A stretch of 64,000 nt of DNA from Variibacter sp. (GCA_019689555.1 JADGHE010000006.1:20182-84181); one strand, 5' to 3'. Positions 52,583 through 61,915 are shown, counted from the first letter of the stretch. Made by a program: numbers and translations. The notes: generated from the letters alone by a model not told the origin.

Positions 52583-53522
52583 GAGGCGCGCGCTGCGCGG
52601 GCTTGCGCTCGCGACGGGGCTCGTTGCGAGCCTCGCCGCCGCCCGCGCGGAAGAACTCGCGGTCGAGGTCGTCAACGCCAGCGAGCCGACGCTCTGCGCC
52701 GAGACGGACAACGTCTATCTCAAGTTCGTGTCCGCCGCGGCGCGGCGCTTCCGCATCGAGGCCGTGCACCCCGCCTATATCGGCACCGTCGTCGCCGACC
52801 GCGCCGCACCCGATCTTCGCCATTGCGACATGTCGGCCGACCCCGCCTATCCGGCGAAGCCGCGGCGCGTCACGCTTTTCGAGTCCGAGGAGTGGCAGCT
52901 CGTCGGCCACGTCTTTCCGAGCTTCTGGCGGCCGAACGCGGTGCCGGTGCGCATTGGCGAGCGCACGGAGAGCGGTTTGCACCTCCTGCAGCTCTGGACG
53001 CGTTTCCAGGAGCGGGCGGAGGAAGTGCTGGCGTTCTACCCGGCCGACGGATACTGGCGCGCACGGCCGCTGCCGCCCGCGCACCTGCGCTGGACCGCCT
53101 ACGGCTCGTCCTTCCTCGTCGGACCGGTGGAGATGAGCGGCCGCCCGCTGGTCGACATCCGCGCCATCGCCTTCGATCCGGCAAGCCGCAGCTTCCATCT
53201 CGCCTTCGCGCGCGGCGGCGGCGCGACGCTGCGGCTCGAATCCCTCGATCAGGAGCGGATCGTTCTCGACGTGAGCCTGGACGCGCCGATTGCCGCCGAA
53301 CGGCCGTTCGCGGCGCTGCGCTCGATGTATGTGACGGACGTCAATGCCGACGTGGCGCAGCTCGCCTGGCGCCCGAAGGAGGGCAAGGGCTGGCGGCAGG
53401 CGCCGGTGATGACCTTCGACCGCGCGTCGGCGGTCGAAGTGTGGGCGGGCCGCTCACTCCCCTCCCGGCACAATCTGAGCGCGCCCGACATGGTGTTCGG
53501 ACCGTTTCGCGCGGGCCCCTGA
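52566..53522 (+). CDS. Secreted hypothetical protein (318 aa), no family recognised
   Basis: ATG 52566 (GGGAGA upstream) gives MQCSARRRALRGLALATGLVASLAAARA-EE, a signal peptide. It overlaps the FkbM end by 17 nt. Coding-like composition. Confidence 0.7.
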   Translation: MQCSARRRALRGLALATGLVASLAAARAEELAVEVVNASEPTLCAETDNVYLKFVSAAARRFRIEAVHPAYIGTVVADRAAPDLRHCDMSADPAYPAKPRRVTLFESEEWQLVGHVFPSFWRPNAVPVRIGERTESGLHLLQLWTRFQERAEEVLAFYPADGYWRARPLPPAHLRWTAYGSSFLVGPVEMSGRPLVDIRAIAFDPASRSFHLAFARGGGATLRLESLDQERIVLDVSLDAPIAAERPFAALRSMYVTDVNADVAQLAWRPKEGKGWRQAPVMTFDRASAVEVWAGRSLPSRHNLSAPDMVFGPFRAGP

Positions 53523-53544
53523 AATCGCGTCATCGCCTCGCCCC

Positions 53545-53560
53545 TCGCGCGATCGCGCGA
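53545..53560. terminator. Perfect 16-nt palindrome in a 41-nt convergent spacer (possible bidirectional terminator)
   Basis: TCGCGCGATCGCGCGA lies between the stop at 53520-53522 (+) and the stop at 53564-53566 (-). No U-tract. Confidence 0.3.
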
Positions 53561-53563
53561 CCG

Positions 53564-55894
53564 TCACCGGCCGGCGAGCCGGCGCCGAAGCTCGTCCCAC
53601 GCGCCGCGGAACGGCCGAAACGCGAAGCGCACGCTGTGGCGCCCGGGACCGACCAAAACCGCGCGGAAGAGCCCATTGGCTTTGAGGATTTCCGCCGGCG
53701 CCCCGTCGATGTCCGCGTACCACCACGGGTGCCAGACGTCGTTGAGCAGCAGGAACCCGGCCCCCCGGCTGTCGACCTCGACGACCACGTCGGTGTTGGC
53801 GTAGCTGACGATGCGCGCCGTCCCCTCTCCTTCCCCTCCGGGGGCCGGCGCGCCCGCGGGCGCATGGTCGAGCAGCACCGTCTTGCGCGGATCGGCGTCG
53901 GGCCATCCCGCGCGCCGCAGTTCGTCGAAGTCGACCACGCGGAAACCCGGAACGAACATCACGCGCGGCAGCGCGTGCGGGTTTTCGTACACATAGGCGT
54001 CGGCCGTGCGCGCGAGCAGCGTCAGGTCGCCGGGCTTCAGCGCCGAGTCGATGCGCTCGACCGGAACGCCGGTCGCGATCAGCCGTAGGCCGAAGAGATC
54101 GGCCAGGGTGGAGCGATAAGAGGGAAACAGAAGGGCGAAGGTGCGCTGATCCGGTCCCGCCACCGTGTCGCCGACGCCGGTCGCTTGGGCGAAGTCGCGC
54201 AGCCGCAGCGGGTTGTGTCCGAGCACATGGTCGAAGCCGTGGGACAGGCTGAGGTTCGGCCAGTGGTAGCCGATGCCGACGAGCTCCACGCGGTCGCGCC
54301 GGTCCGGCGCGGCATGCTTGGCGAGTTTTTCCTTGAGCAAGGCGACCGTCGGATTCGCGGTCCCAGGGCGCAGCGCGTCGTACAGGGAGGGCGGCAGGCC
54401 CGTGGATTCGTTCGGCGCGTGGTTCCAGCCGAGATCGGCGGCGACCACGAGGCCGAGCAGCGCCGTCGCTGCGAGCGCGCTGCGCAGGGCGAGGCGCCGC
54501 GCGGCGGCGAGCGCCGCGACGGTGATCGCCGCAAGAACGAATCCGCTCACGATCGGCGCGACGGCGGCGCGCACCATGCCGACGGCAAACGCGACCGCGA
54601 GCGCCGCGATGGCGAGCGCAAGCGCCAAGGCGGCTTCCGCTGCGCGCTGGCGCGGCGTCGCGGCGGCCACCGTGCCGGTGAGCCAGCGGTGAACCATGTA
54701 GCCGGTGATGACCGCGAGCAGCAGTCCGAAAATGAAGGTCGCATCGGCCGGACGGCGAAACAGATCCACCCCCGGCATCACCGCATACATCGCGCGAAAG
54801 GCCGGCGTGTACCAGCCGAGCGCGTAGAGCAGCACAAAAACGAGAGCGATCGTGAAGAAGCGAATTTCGCGCGACCACATGAGGCCGCGCACGAAGCCGA
54901 AGCCGAGCACCGCAATCGGCGCGATCATGCCGGCGTAGATCTGCCCGACATTCTGCGCGATGAACAGATCGGTCTCGCCGATCGCCTGATCCCAGGCCGG
55001 GCTCGGCGGTCCCCAGAAATCCATGCCGAACATCGAGGCGCCGTAGAGATTGGCGAACACCAGCATCAGCAGATGCGCGGGATGCAGGGAGCCGCGCCCG
55101 GCCATGGCGTAGGCGATGGCGGGCCGGTTCGAGTCGGCGGCGAGCAGCGCCGTCAGCACGAGCGGCACCGCGGCGATCACGGCAGCCGCACAGGCGGCGG
55201 CGACGAGCGGCGGCAGCGTCTGCTTGACGCGCCGGAGCGGCCGCGGCGACTGCATCCAGTGCGCGAGCACGAAGCCGGCGAGAACATAAAGGCTCAGCAC
55301 GGCGACCTGATCGCGCTCGATCGCCAACAACCCCGCGACCACGCCCGCCGCGAGACCGGCGCGCCACGAGGCGCGTTCCAAGGTCCGCGCCACGAGCCAC
55401 AGCGCGAGCGCCAGATAAGCGAGGCTCATGAGCTGGCCCGTGTGCTGGAGCCGGGAGGCCGCGGAGCCGCCGCACGCGAACATCAGCGCCGCGACGAGCG
55501 CGCCGCCCATGTGCCAATCGCGGTCGCGGAAAAAGAGGATCACGCCGAGCCCGCCGAGAAAAAGATAGGCGAAGGTGACCGCGTCGACGGCGCGAAAGCC
55601 GGGGTCGGCGGTAAAGGCGGCCAGCAGGAAATGCAGCGGCGAGAAGATCAGCGCCTGCGGATCGGCGATCTGCGGCCAGCCGGCGAAGACGTAAGGAGCC
55701 CAGAACGGCGACTGGCCCTCGGCCAGGGACGCAGCCAGAAACTGCACCTGCGGCAGGAACTGAGCCTTCGCGTCCCAGGGTATCGTGACGCGGCCGGACA
55801 GCCAGGGCGAGGCCAGCGCGAGGAAGGCCGCTGCGAACAACACGGCGGCCGGCACCCAGCGGGAACAACTTTTCTGGCCGACTTCGCGATCCAT
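53564..55894 (-). CDS. Large polytopic membrane protein with C-terminal extracytoplasmic domain (GT-C/YfhO-like architecture; function unknown)
   Basis: The ~480-aa N-terminal part has many hydrophobic helices; the ~300-aa C-terminal part is soluble. ATG 55894 is chosen (GTG 55933 alternative). The family call is from architecture only. Confidence 0.75.
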   Translation of the reverse strand: MDREVGQKSCSRWVPAAVLFAAAFLALASPWLSGRVTIPWDAKAQFLPQVQFLAASLAEGQSPFWAPYVFAGWPQIADPQALIFSPLHFLLAAFTADPGFRAVDAVTFAYLFLGGLGVILFFRDRDWHMGGALVAALMFACGGSAASRLQHTGQLMSLAYLALALWLVARTLERASWRAGLAAGVVAGLLAIERDQVAVLSLYVLAGFVLAHWMQSPRPLRRVKQTLPPLVAAACAAAVIAAVPLVLTALLAADSNRPAIAYAMAGRGSLHPAHLLMLVFANLYGASMFGMDFWGPPSPAWDQAIGETDLFIAQNVGQIYAGMIAPIAVLGFGFVRGLMWSREIRFFTIALVFVLLYALGWYTPAFRAMYAVMPGVDLFRRPADATFIFGLLLAVITGYMVHRWLTGTVAAATPRQRAAEAALALALAIAALAVAFAVGMVRAAVAPIVSGFVLAAITVAALAAARRLALRSALAATALLGLVVAADLGWNHAPNESTGLPPSLYDALRPGTANPTVALLKEKLAKHAAPDRRDRVELVGIGYHWPNLSLSHGFDHVLGHNPLRLRDFAQATGVGDTVAGPDQRTFALLFPSYRSTLADLFGLRLIATGVPVERIDSALKPGDLTLLARTADAYVYENPHALPRVMFVPGFRVVDFDELRRAGWPDADPRKTVLLDHAPAGAPAPGGEGEGTARIVSYANTDVVVEVDSRGAGFLLLNDVWHPWWYADIDGAPAEILKANGLFRAVLVGPGRHSVRFAFRPFRGAWDELRRRLAGR

Positions 55895-55990
55895 CTCACC
55901 TTGTCCGGCCCTCGCGAGGCCCGCCCGCCGCACGCCGTTCCGACCGCGCCGCGCGGCGGCGAGCGTCGCAAGGCGCGGGCGCCGACGCCG

Positions 55991-57157
55991 TCAGACCGGC
56001 ATCGCCGTCTCGACCAGCCGGATCCAATACGAGGTTCCGAACGGAATGGCGGCGTCGTTGAAGTCGTAGGCGGGGTGGTGCAGCCCCGCGGTGTCGCCGT
56101 TGCCGACAAAAATGAACGCGCCCGGCCGCGCCTCCAGCATGAAGGAGAAATCCTCCGCGCCCATGACCGGTTCGGCGTTGGTGTCGACCCGCTCCTCGCC
56201 GGCGATCTCGGCGGCCACGGCCGCGGCGAACGCCGTCTGCTGCGGATGGTTCTTGGTCACGGGGTAATCGCGGAAATAGGTCAGCTTGGCGCTGGCACCG
56301 TAGAGCCGCGCCGTGCCCTCCACCACCTCGCGCAGCCTTTTTTCGACGAGATCGCGGATCTCCGGGCTGAGGCTGCGCGCCGTGCCGCGCAGGCTCGCCG
56401 TCTGCGGAATGATGTTGTCGGCCGTGCCGGCGTGGAACTGCGTGATCGAGACTACGGCCGAGCCGAGCGGATCGACGTTGCGCGACACGATCGACTGGAT
56501 CTGATTGACGATCTGCGCGCCGACGAGGAGCGTATCGATGCCCTCGTGCGGCTTGGCGGCGTGGGCGCCGCGCCCCTCGATCTCGATGGCGATGCGGTCG
56601 GCCGCGGCCATCAGCGGGCCCGGGCGCGTCGCGAAGGAGCCGACCGGGAGGCCGGGGTAGTTGTGCATCCCGTAGACCTCCGCGATGCCGAAGCGCTCCA
56701 TGAGGCCGTCCTTCACCATTTCGCGGCCGCCGCCACCCCCCTCCTCGGCGGGCTGGAAAATGAGCACCGCGGTGCCGTCGAAATTTCTCGTTTCCGCAAG
56801 GTACTTGGCGGCTCCGAGCAGCATCGCGGTGTGGCCGTCATGGCCGCAGGCGTGCATCCTGCCGGGCACCGTCGACTGGTAGGGCAGCCCGGTCTGCTCG
56901 GCGATCGGCAGCGCATCCATGTCGGCGCGCAGGCCGATGACCTTGGACGAGCGCCCCTTGCGCCCGCGGATGACGCCGACGACGCCCGTCCGCCCGATTC
57001 CGGTCACCACCTCGTCGCAGCCGAACGCCTTGAGCTTCTCGGCCACGGTCGCCGCGGTGCGATGCACGTCGAAGAGGATTTCCGGATGGGCATGGAGGTC
57101 GCGCCTCCAGGCCGCAATCTCCTCCTGCATCTCGGCCACGCGGTTGACGATCGGCAT
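55991..57157 (-). CDS. M20/M40-family amidohydrolase (hippurate hydrolase / N-acyl-amino acid amidohydrolase type)
   Basis: 388 aa. IAAWRRDLHAHPE, MHACGHDGH, FQPAEEGGGG. Confidence 0.9.
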   Translation of the reverse strand: MPIVNRVAEMQEEIAAWRRDLHAHPEILFDVHRTAATVAEKLKAFGCDEVVTGIGRTGVVGVIRGRKGRSSKVIGLRADMDALPIAEQTGLPYQSTVPGRMHACGHDGHTAMLLGAAKYLAETRNFDGTAVLIFQPAEEGGGGGREMVKDGLMERFGIAEVYGMHNYPGLPVGSFATRPGPLMAAADRIAIEIEGRGAHAAKPHEGIDTLLVGAQIVNQIQSIVSRNVDPLGSAVVSITQFHAGTADNIIPQTASLRGTARSLSPEIRDLVEKRLREVVEGTARLYGASAKLTYFRDYPVTKNHPQQTAFAAAVAAEIAGEERVDTNAEPVMGAEDFSFMLEARPGAFIFVGNGDTAGLHHPAYDFNDAAIPFGTSYWIRLVETAMPV

Positions 57158-57519
57158 TCATCTCCTCCTGGCGGGCGCCGGCGCCCTGGCCTGCGGGAGA
57201 CCGTCGGCGGGCTGGCCCGTCAAACAGCTAGCATATTGCGCCGTTCTTCGCATGTCCGCGCCGGGATCGAGGCGCAACCCGAAGGCGGACGAACTCGCCA
57301 AGCCGCCCCTCGTCGAGTCCTCGGCGGCCCCGTGGACGGAGCCGGATCATCGTTCGCGTCTGCCGCGCCCGCGCGGGCTATTGACCCTGCGGGGGGCGGC
57401 TCCTACACAGGCCTCGCCTGAGTTCCAAGCGTGGCCCGGGAGAACGCCGTTCCTCCGGACAGACCATGCGACAAAGTTCGGGCGGCATTCGGCTGGTCCC
57501 CGCGGATGCCGCTTCGCGT

Positions 57520-57595
57520 GAGCCCGTAGCTCAGCTGGTAGAGCACTTGACTTTTAATCAAGTGGTCCTGGGTTCGAGTCCCAGCGGGCTCACCA
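57520..57595 (+). tRNA. tRNA-Lys (anticodon UUU)
   Basis: Acceptor stem GAGCCCG/CGGGCTC, anticodon stem CTTGA/TCAAG with loop CTTTTAA, T-loop GGTTCGAGTCC, encoded CCA. Confidence 0.95.
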
Positions 57596-57632
57596 CGTCC
57601 CTCCTGCGAAACCCTCCGGCGAAAACGCCGTG

Positions 57633-57708
57633 CTCATGGAGCGTCGCGTTCGCGCTCAAGGAGCCGCTCTCAAGGAGCCGTGTTCGCTCTCATGGAGCCG
57701 TGTTCGCG
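57633..57708. repeat. Degenerate ~20-nt tandem repeat, about 4 units
   Basis: CTCATGGAGCGTCGCGTTCGCG / CTCAAGGAGCCG / CTCTCAAGGAGCCGTGTTCG / CTCTCATGGAGCCGTGTTCGCG, read directly. It starts 38 nt after tRNA-Lys. Confidence 0.7.
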
Positions 57709-57985
57709 CCCTGTTCCCGCAGAACGAATCAGGGGCGAAGATTCGAGCGAAATCAAGATCTTAAAGGAAGGTTTCCGAACCCGCGGCTCGCGCGCAGCGT
57801 TCTCCTGGACCGCGTAAAGGGAACCGGGAACGCGCACAGGAAATCGGTAACGCCGTTAACGGGGAATCGAATGCGCATCGCGCGGCCGCATTCGCGGCGC
57901 GGAAATCGCCCTGCTGGACGCGGCGCCGGCGCTGCAGGACGCCGATAATCCACGGCCTGTCGCGCGTGTGGCAGGAGCCGCCAGG

Positions 57986-58831
57986 CTACGGGCAGGGCTT
58001 TGAGTCCTTGATCTCGAGGCTCGTCAGGTCGCCGGTGAGCACGAAATCGCCGTAATCGAGCTTGAGCGCGCGGGAGATGCCGTTTTCATAGACGTCGAAG
58101 GCGATGGAGTAGAGCGGAGTTTGGTCGGCGCCCGTCTTCGCGCGGTCGAAATAGCTCACGGTGACGGGCCAGCGCGTCAGCCCTTCGAGCGCCTTCTGCC
58201 CCGCGGCGGCATCGGCCGGCGGGTTCTCCCCCGGCTTGATCGGCTGGCCGATCACCGTCAGCGTGCTGTAGACCTTCTCGCCGTTGTCGGAACCGTCGTA
58301 GACGCCGAGCTCCAGCAGCGCCTTGCCCGCCCGCGCCGCCTTGATGATCCGGCGCATCTGGTCCGAGGGAAACACGACGTTCTTCGCCTCGAAGGTCTTG
58401 GGCGCGGGCTTCGTCAGGGTGACGGTCGCGTCCTCGCCATGGCGCTCGGCATGCCCTTCCGCCGAGTCGGTCGGCTCGTTGTCGAGGAAATTGCGGGAGC
58501 CGAAGCGGAAGGTCTTGCCCTCGTCGTCCTCCCAGTTGGTCGTGCGCAGGTCGCTGACGACCGACTTGCCCTCTTCGGAATCGAGCTGCGTTACCTGGCG
58601 GAACTGCAGCGTGTAGCCCTCGCAAGGGCTGCCCGAGAAATCGTAGAGAATGCGGCCGTGCACCGCCTCGACCGACTGCTTGCCCCGCGACTGAGCGAGC
58701 GCAAGGTCGTAGACCGCGCGGTGCGGCGCGAGCACGACCGGCTTTTCGGTCTCGGCGCGGGCGCAAGCCGGCGCAAGAGCCAGCGCCGCCGCGAGCGCGC
58801 CGATCGCGATCAAGGGCCTCTGAATCGTCAT
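57986..58831 (-). CDS. DUF1849 / EipB-family periplasmic cell-envelope-integrity protein
   Basis: ATG 58831 gives MTIQRPLIAIGALAAALALAPACA, a signal peptide. AVYDLAL...GRILYDFSGSPCEGY...KLDYGDF...KPC matches my recollection of DUF1849 with its conserved Cys pair. Confidence 0.75.
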   Translation of the reverse strand: MTIQRPLIAIGALAAALALAPACARAETEKPVVLAPHRAVYDLALAQSRGKQSVEAVHGRILYDFSGSPCEGYTLQFRQVTQLDSEEGKSVVSDLRTTNWEDDEGKTFRFGSRNFLDNEPTDSAEGHAERHGEDATVTLTKPAPKTFEAKNVVFPSDQMRRIIKAARAGKALLELGVYDGSDNGEKVYSTLTVIGQPIKPGENPPADAAAGQKALEGLTRWPVTVSYFDRAKTGADQTPLYSIAFDVYENGISRALKLDYGDFVLTGDLTSLEIKDSKPCP

Positions 58832-58980
58832 CGGTACCGCCGCTCTTCGAGGTCGGAACATAAGGGCGGGCCGGTGAGCCTGCAACCGCCGCGGGACGCT
58901 TGCGTCGGCGCTGCCGATCGGCCAAGACTCCGAGCCGCGTCGGCGATGGTGCCGCGCGTTTGCGGCGTGAGGAGGACAGC

Positions 58981-59448
58981 ATGGCCGGTGTCGTAGAAAA
59001 ACGGCTCGCCGAACTCGGCATCAAGCTTCCAACCCCGACGACGCCGGTCGCGAACTACGTGCCGTTCGTGCGGACGCGCAATACGCTGGTCTGCTCCGGC
59101 CAGATCTGCTTCGACGAAGACGGCAAGCTCGTGGCCAAGGGCAAGCTCGGCGCGGGCGTCTCGATCGAGGAGGGTCAAAGGGCGGCGCGCGCCTGCGCCA
59201 TCAATCTGCTCGCGCAGGTGAAGGCGGCGATCGGCGATCTGGACAAGGTCGTGCGCGTCATCCGCCTCGGCGGCTTCATCAATTCGGCGCCCGATTTCGC
59301 CGACGGCCCGAAAGTGATGAACGGCGCCTCCGACCTGATGGTGGAAGCGCTGGGCGACAAGGGGCGCCATGCGCGCACGACGGTCGGAGTCGCCGCTCTG
59401 CCGCTCGATGCCGCCGTAGAAGTCGAAGGCCTATTCGAGGTCGAATAG
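58981..59448 (+). CDS. RidA/YjgF-family protein
   Basis: ATG 58981 with GAGGAGG upstream. 155 aa ending ARTTVGVAALPLDAAVEVEGLFEV, typical of the RidA fold. Confidence 0.88.
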   Translation: MAGVVEKRLAELGIKLPTPTTPVANYVPFVRTRNTLVCSGQICFDEDGKLVAKGKLGAGVSIEEGQRAARACAINLLAQVKAAIGDLDKVVRVIRLGGFINSAPDFADGPKVMNGASDLMVEALGDKGRHARTTVGVAALPLDAAVEVEGLFEVE

Positions 59449-59467
59449 AAACGCGTTGCAGGGCGCC

Positions 59468-60214
59468 ATGGCCGGGCTCGACTGGCTGATCGCCCGCCCG
59501 ATCGCGCACCGCGGTCTGCACGATGCCGCAAACGGCGTCATCGAGAATACTCCGTCCGCCTTCCACGCCGCGATCGCCGGTCGCTACGGCATCGAATGCG
59601 ACCTGCAGATCACGGCGGACGGGGAAGCCATTGTTCACCACGACGCACAGCTCGGCCGCCTGACGGAAGGGCAAGGCCGGCTCGCGACCATGACCGCCGA
59701 GGCCCTCAAGCGGGTGGCGTTCACAGCGACCGCAGACCATATGATTACGCTTGGCGAGCTGTGCGATCTCGTCGCCGGTCGCGTGCCACTGCTGCTGGAG
59801 CTCAAGAGCCATTTCGACGGAGATGAGCGCCTCGTCCGGCGGGTTGTCGAGGTGCTGCGGAGCTATTCCGGGCCTGTCGCCGCCATGTCCTTCGACCCCG
59901 ACCAGGTGAGCATGCTGCGCGATCTCGCCCCCAAACTTGCGCGCGGCATCGTCGCCGAACGCTGGTATCGCCACCGCGAATGGAGCCGGCTCACTTGGGC
60001 CCGCCGCAAGACCATGGCGCACCTTCTGCATGCGCCCGCCACGCGGCCGCACTTCGTGGCCTACAGCGTGAAGGACCTCCCGACGGCGGCGACTTGGCTT
60101 GCGCATGCACTGTTCGGCCGCCCGTTGCTCGCCTGGACGGTCCGCACGGAGGCGGACCGCGCGCGCGCCGCCCGCCATGCCTCGCAGATAATCTTCGAGG
60201 GATTTCGGCCATGA
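59468..60214 (+). CDS. Glycerophosphodiester phosphodiesterase family protein
   Basis: ATG 59468 gives MAGLDWLIARPIAHRGLHD. ECDLQ and HHD motifs. The listed ORF start at 59456 is a TTG. Confidence 0.85.
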   Translation: MAGLDWLIARPIAHRGLHDAANGVIENTPSAFHAAIAGRYGIECDLQITADGEAIVHHDAQLGRLTEGQGRLATMTAEALKRVAFTATADHMITLGELCDLVAGRVPLLLELKSHFDGDERLVRRVVEVLRSYSGPVAAMSFDPDQVSMLRDLAPKLARGIVAERWYRHREWSRLTWARRKTMAHLLHAPATRPHFVAYSVKDLPTAATWLAHALFGRPLLAWTVRTEADRARAARHASQIIFEGFRP

Positions 60215-60239
60215 GCCGACGTCCCGAAGGCGCGCCGCC

Positions 60240-61421
60240 ATGACGTCAGCGGACCTGCGCATCCGAGTCCTGCCTTCCATCGCGGAGATGCCGGCGGCGA
60301 TGTGGGATGCCTGTGCGAACCCGCCGCAGGAACCTTACAACCCGTTCGTCTCCCACGCCTTCCTCTCCGCCCTCGAGGTCTCCAAGTCGGCCACGGCGCG
60401 GACCGGCTGGCAGCCGCAGCATCTCGTCGCCGAGACTGCGGACGGAACCGTCGTTGGAACCGCCCCCTGCTACCTAAAATCCCACTCGCGCGGCGAATAC
60501 GTCTTCGACTGGGGCTGGGCCGACGCCTATGAGCGGGCCGGCGGACGCTATTACCCGAAGCTTCAGGTCGCGGTGCCGTTCACGCCCGCCACCGGACCGC
60601 GGCTGCTCGTGCCGCCGGGCGCCCACGCCGAGGCGGCGCGCGCCGCGCTCGCAGCAGGCCTCGTCGAGCTCTGCCGGCTGCGCGAAGCCTCCTCCGTGCA
60701 CGTAACATTCCTGCCCAAATCCGAATGGGAGTTTCTCGGGCGGCACGGATTTCTCCAGCGGACCGGGCAGCAGTTCCACTGGGAGAACGCCGGCTACGCG
60801 AGCTTCGACGACTTTCTCGGCGCGCTCGCCTCGCGCAAGCGCAAGACGATCCGCCGCGAACGTCGGGAGGCGGTCGCGAACGGCATCAGCATCGAATGGC
60901 TGACCGGCGCGGACGTCACCGAAGCGGCCTGGGACGCCTTCTTCGCCTTCTACATGGACACCGGCTCACGCAAATGGGGCCGGCCCTATCTCACGCGGGC
61001 GTTCTTCTCGCTGGTCGGCGAGAGCATGGCCGACCGCATCCTGCTCGTGATGGCGAAACGCGGCGGGCGCTACATCGCCGGCGCGCTCAACTTCATCGGC
61101 GACACCACCCTGTTCGGCCGCTATTGGGGCGCGATCGAACATCATCCGTTCCTGCATTTCGAGCTTTGCTATTACCAGGCGATCGCGTTCGCGATCGCCC
61201 GCAAGCTCCCCCGCGTCGAGGCGGGCGCGCAGGGCGAGCACAAACTGGCCCGCGGCTACATGCCGGTGACCACCTTTTCGGCGCATCACATCGAAGATCC
61301 GGCTTTGCGGCGCGCCGTCGCCGACTTCGTCAAACGCGAGCAGGCGCAGGTGGCTCTGGCCAACGCGGAGCTGGCGGAGTATGGCCCCTACCGCAAGGAC
61401 CTCATGACCGAGCAGCAATAG
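60240..61421 (+). CDS. FemAB-like GNAT-fold protein (DUF482 family)
   Basis: 393 aa. WDACANP...NPFVSHAFLSALEVS...YLKSHSRGEYVFDWGWADAYER is the DUF482 pattern as I recall it. Confidence 0.8.
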   Translation: MTSADLRIRVLPSIAEMPAAMWDACANPPQEPYNPFVSHAFLSALEVSKSATARTGWQPQHLVAETADGTVVGTAPCYLKSHSRGEYVFDWGWADAYERAGGRYYPKLQVAVPFTPATGPRLLVPPGAHAEAARAALAAGLVELCRLREASSVHVTFLPKSEWEFLGRHGFLQRTGQQFHWENAGYASFDDFLGALASRKRKTIRRERREAVANGISIEWLTGADVTEAAWDAFFAFYMDTGSRKWGRPYLTRAFFSLVGESMADRILLVMAKRGGRYIAGALNFIGDTTLFGRYWGAIEHHPFLHFELCYYQAIAFAIARKLPRVEAGAQGEHKLARGYMPVTTFSAHHIEDPALRRAVADFVKREQAQVALANAELAEYGPYRKDLMTEQQ

Positions 61422-61480
61422 ACGCGGTCTTGTCCGCCGCTCAGGGCCGGGGCAAGACCGGGTGGAAGCCGAGGACCGTC

Positions 61481-61909
61481 ATGCCAGCCTATGATCCCAA
61501 CAACGTCTTCGCCAAGATCCTGCGCGGCGAACTGCCGGCCTACACCGTCTACGAGGACGAGCACACGCTCGCCTTCCTCGACATCATGCCGCGCGCGCCC
61601 GGGCACACGCTGGTGATCCCGAAGGCGCCGGTGCGCAACATCCTCGACGTGGAGCCCGCCACCCTCGCGCAGGTGATGATCGTGGCGCAGAAGATCGCCC
61701 GCGCGGCGATGGCCGCGTTTCGCGCCGACGGCATCACCCTGCAGCAGTTCAACGAGGCCGCGGGCGGCCAGGTGATCTTCCACCTGCATATCCACGTCGT
61801 GCCGCGCCAGGAGGGCGTTCCGATGAAGCCCCCGGCGAGCTTCAAGGAGCAGCCCGAGGTTCTTGCCGAGCACGCCCGCAAGCTGAAGGAGGCGCTCGCC
61901 TCCCTCTGA
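61481..61909 (+). CDS. HIT-family nucleotide hydrolase/transferase
   Basis: ATG 61481. FAKILRGELPAYTVYEDEHTLAFLDI and the histidine triad HLHIHVVP. Confidence 0.9.
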   Translation: MPAYDPNNVFAKILRGELPAYTVYEDEHTLAFLDIMPRAPGHTLVIPKAPVRNILDVEPATLAQVMIVAQKIARAAMAAFRADGITLQQFNEAAGGQVIFHLHIHVVPRQEGVPMKPPASFKEQPEVLAEHARKLKEALASL

Positions 61910-61915
61910 CCCTCC

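Noticed and set aside
54185-57421. 1078-aa plus-strand ORF
   Set aside because: It is antisense to the polytopic membrane protein and the M20 hydrolase. It is a shadow frame.
57633-57708. CRISPR-like array (also considered for 26347..26386)
   Set aside because: The units are 8-22 nt, directly abutting with no unique spacers, and there are no cas genes. These are simple tandem repeats.
57520-58900. Genomic island integrated at tRNA-Lys
   Set aside because: No integrase, transposase or visible direct repeat of the tRNA 3' end follows. The next genes (EipB-family, RidA, GDPD) look like core alphaproteobacterial genes. Only the odd repeat tract is kept as a finding.
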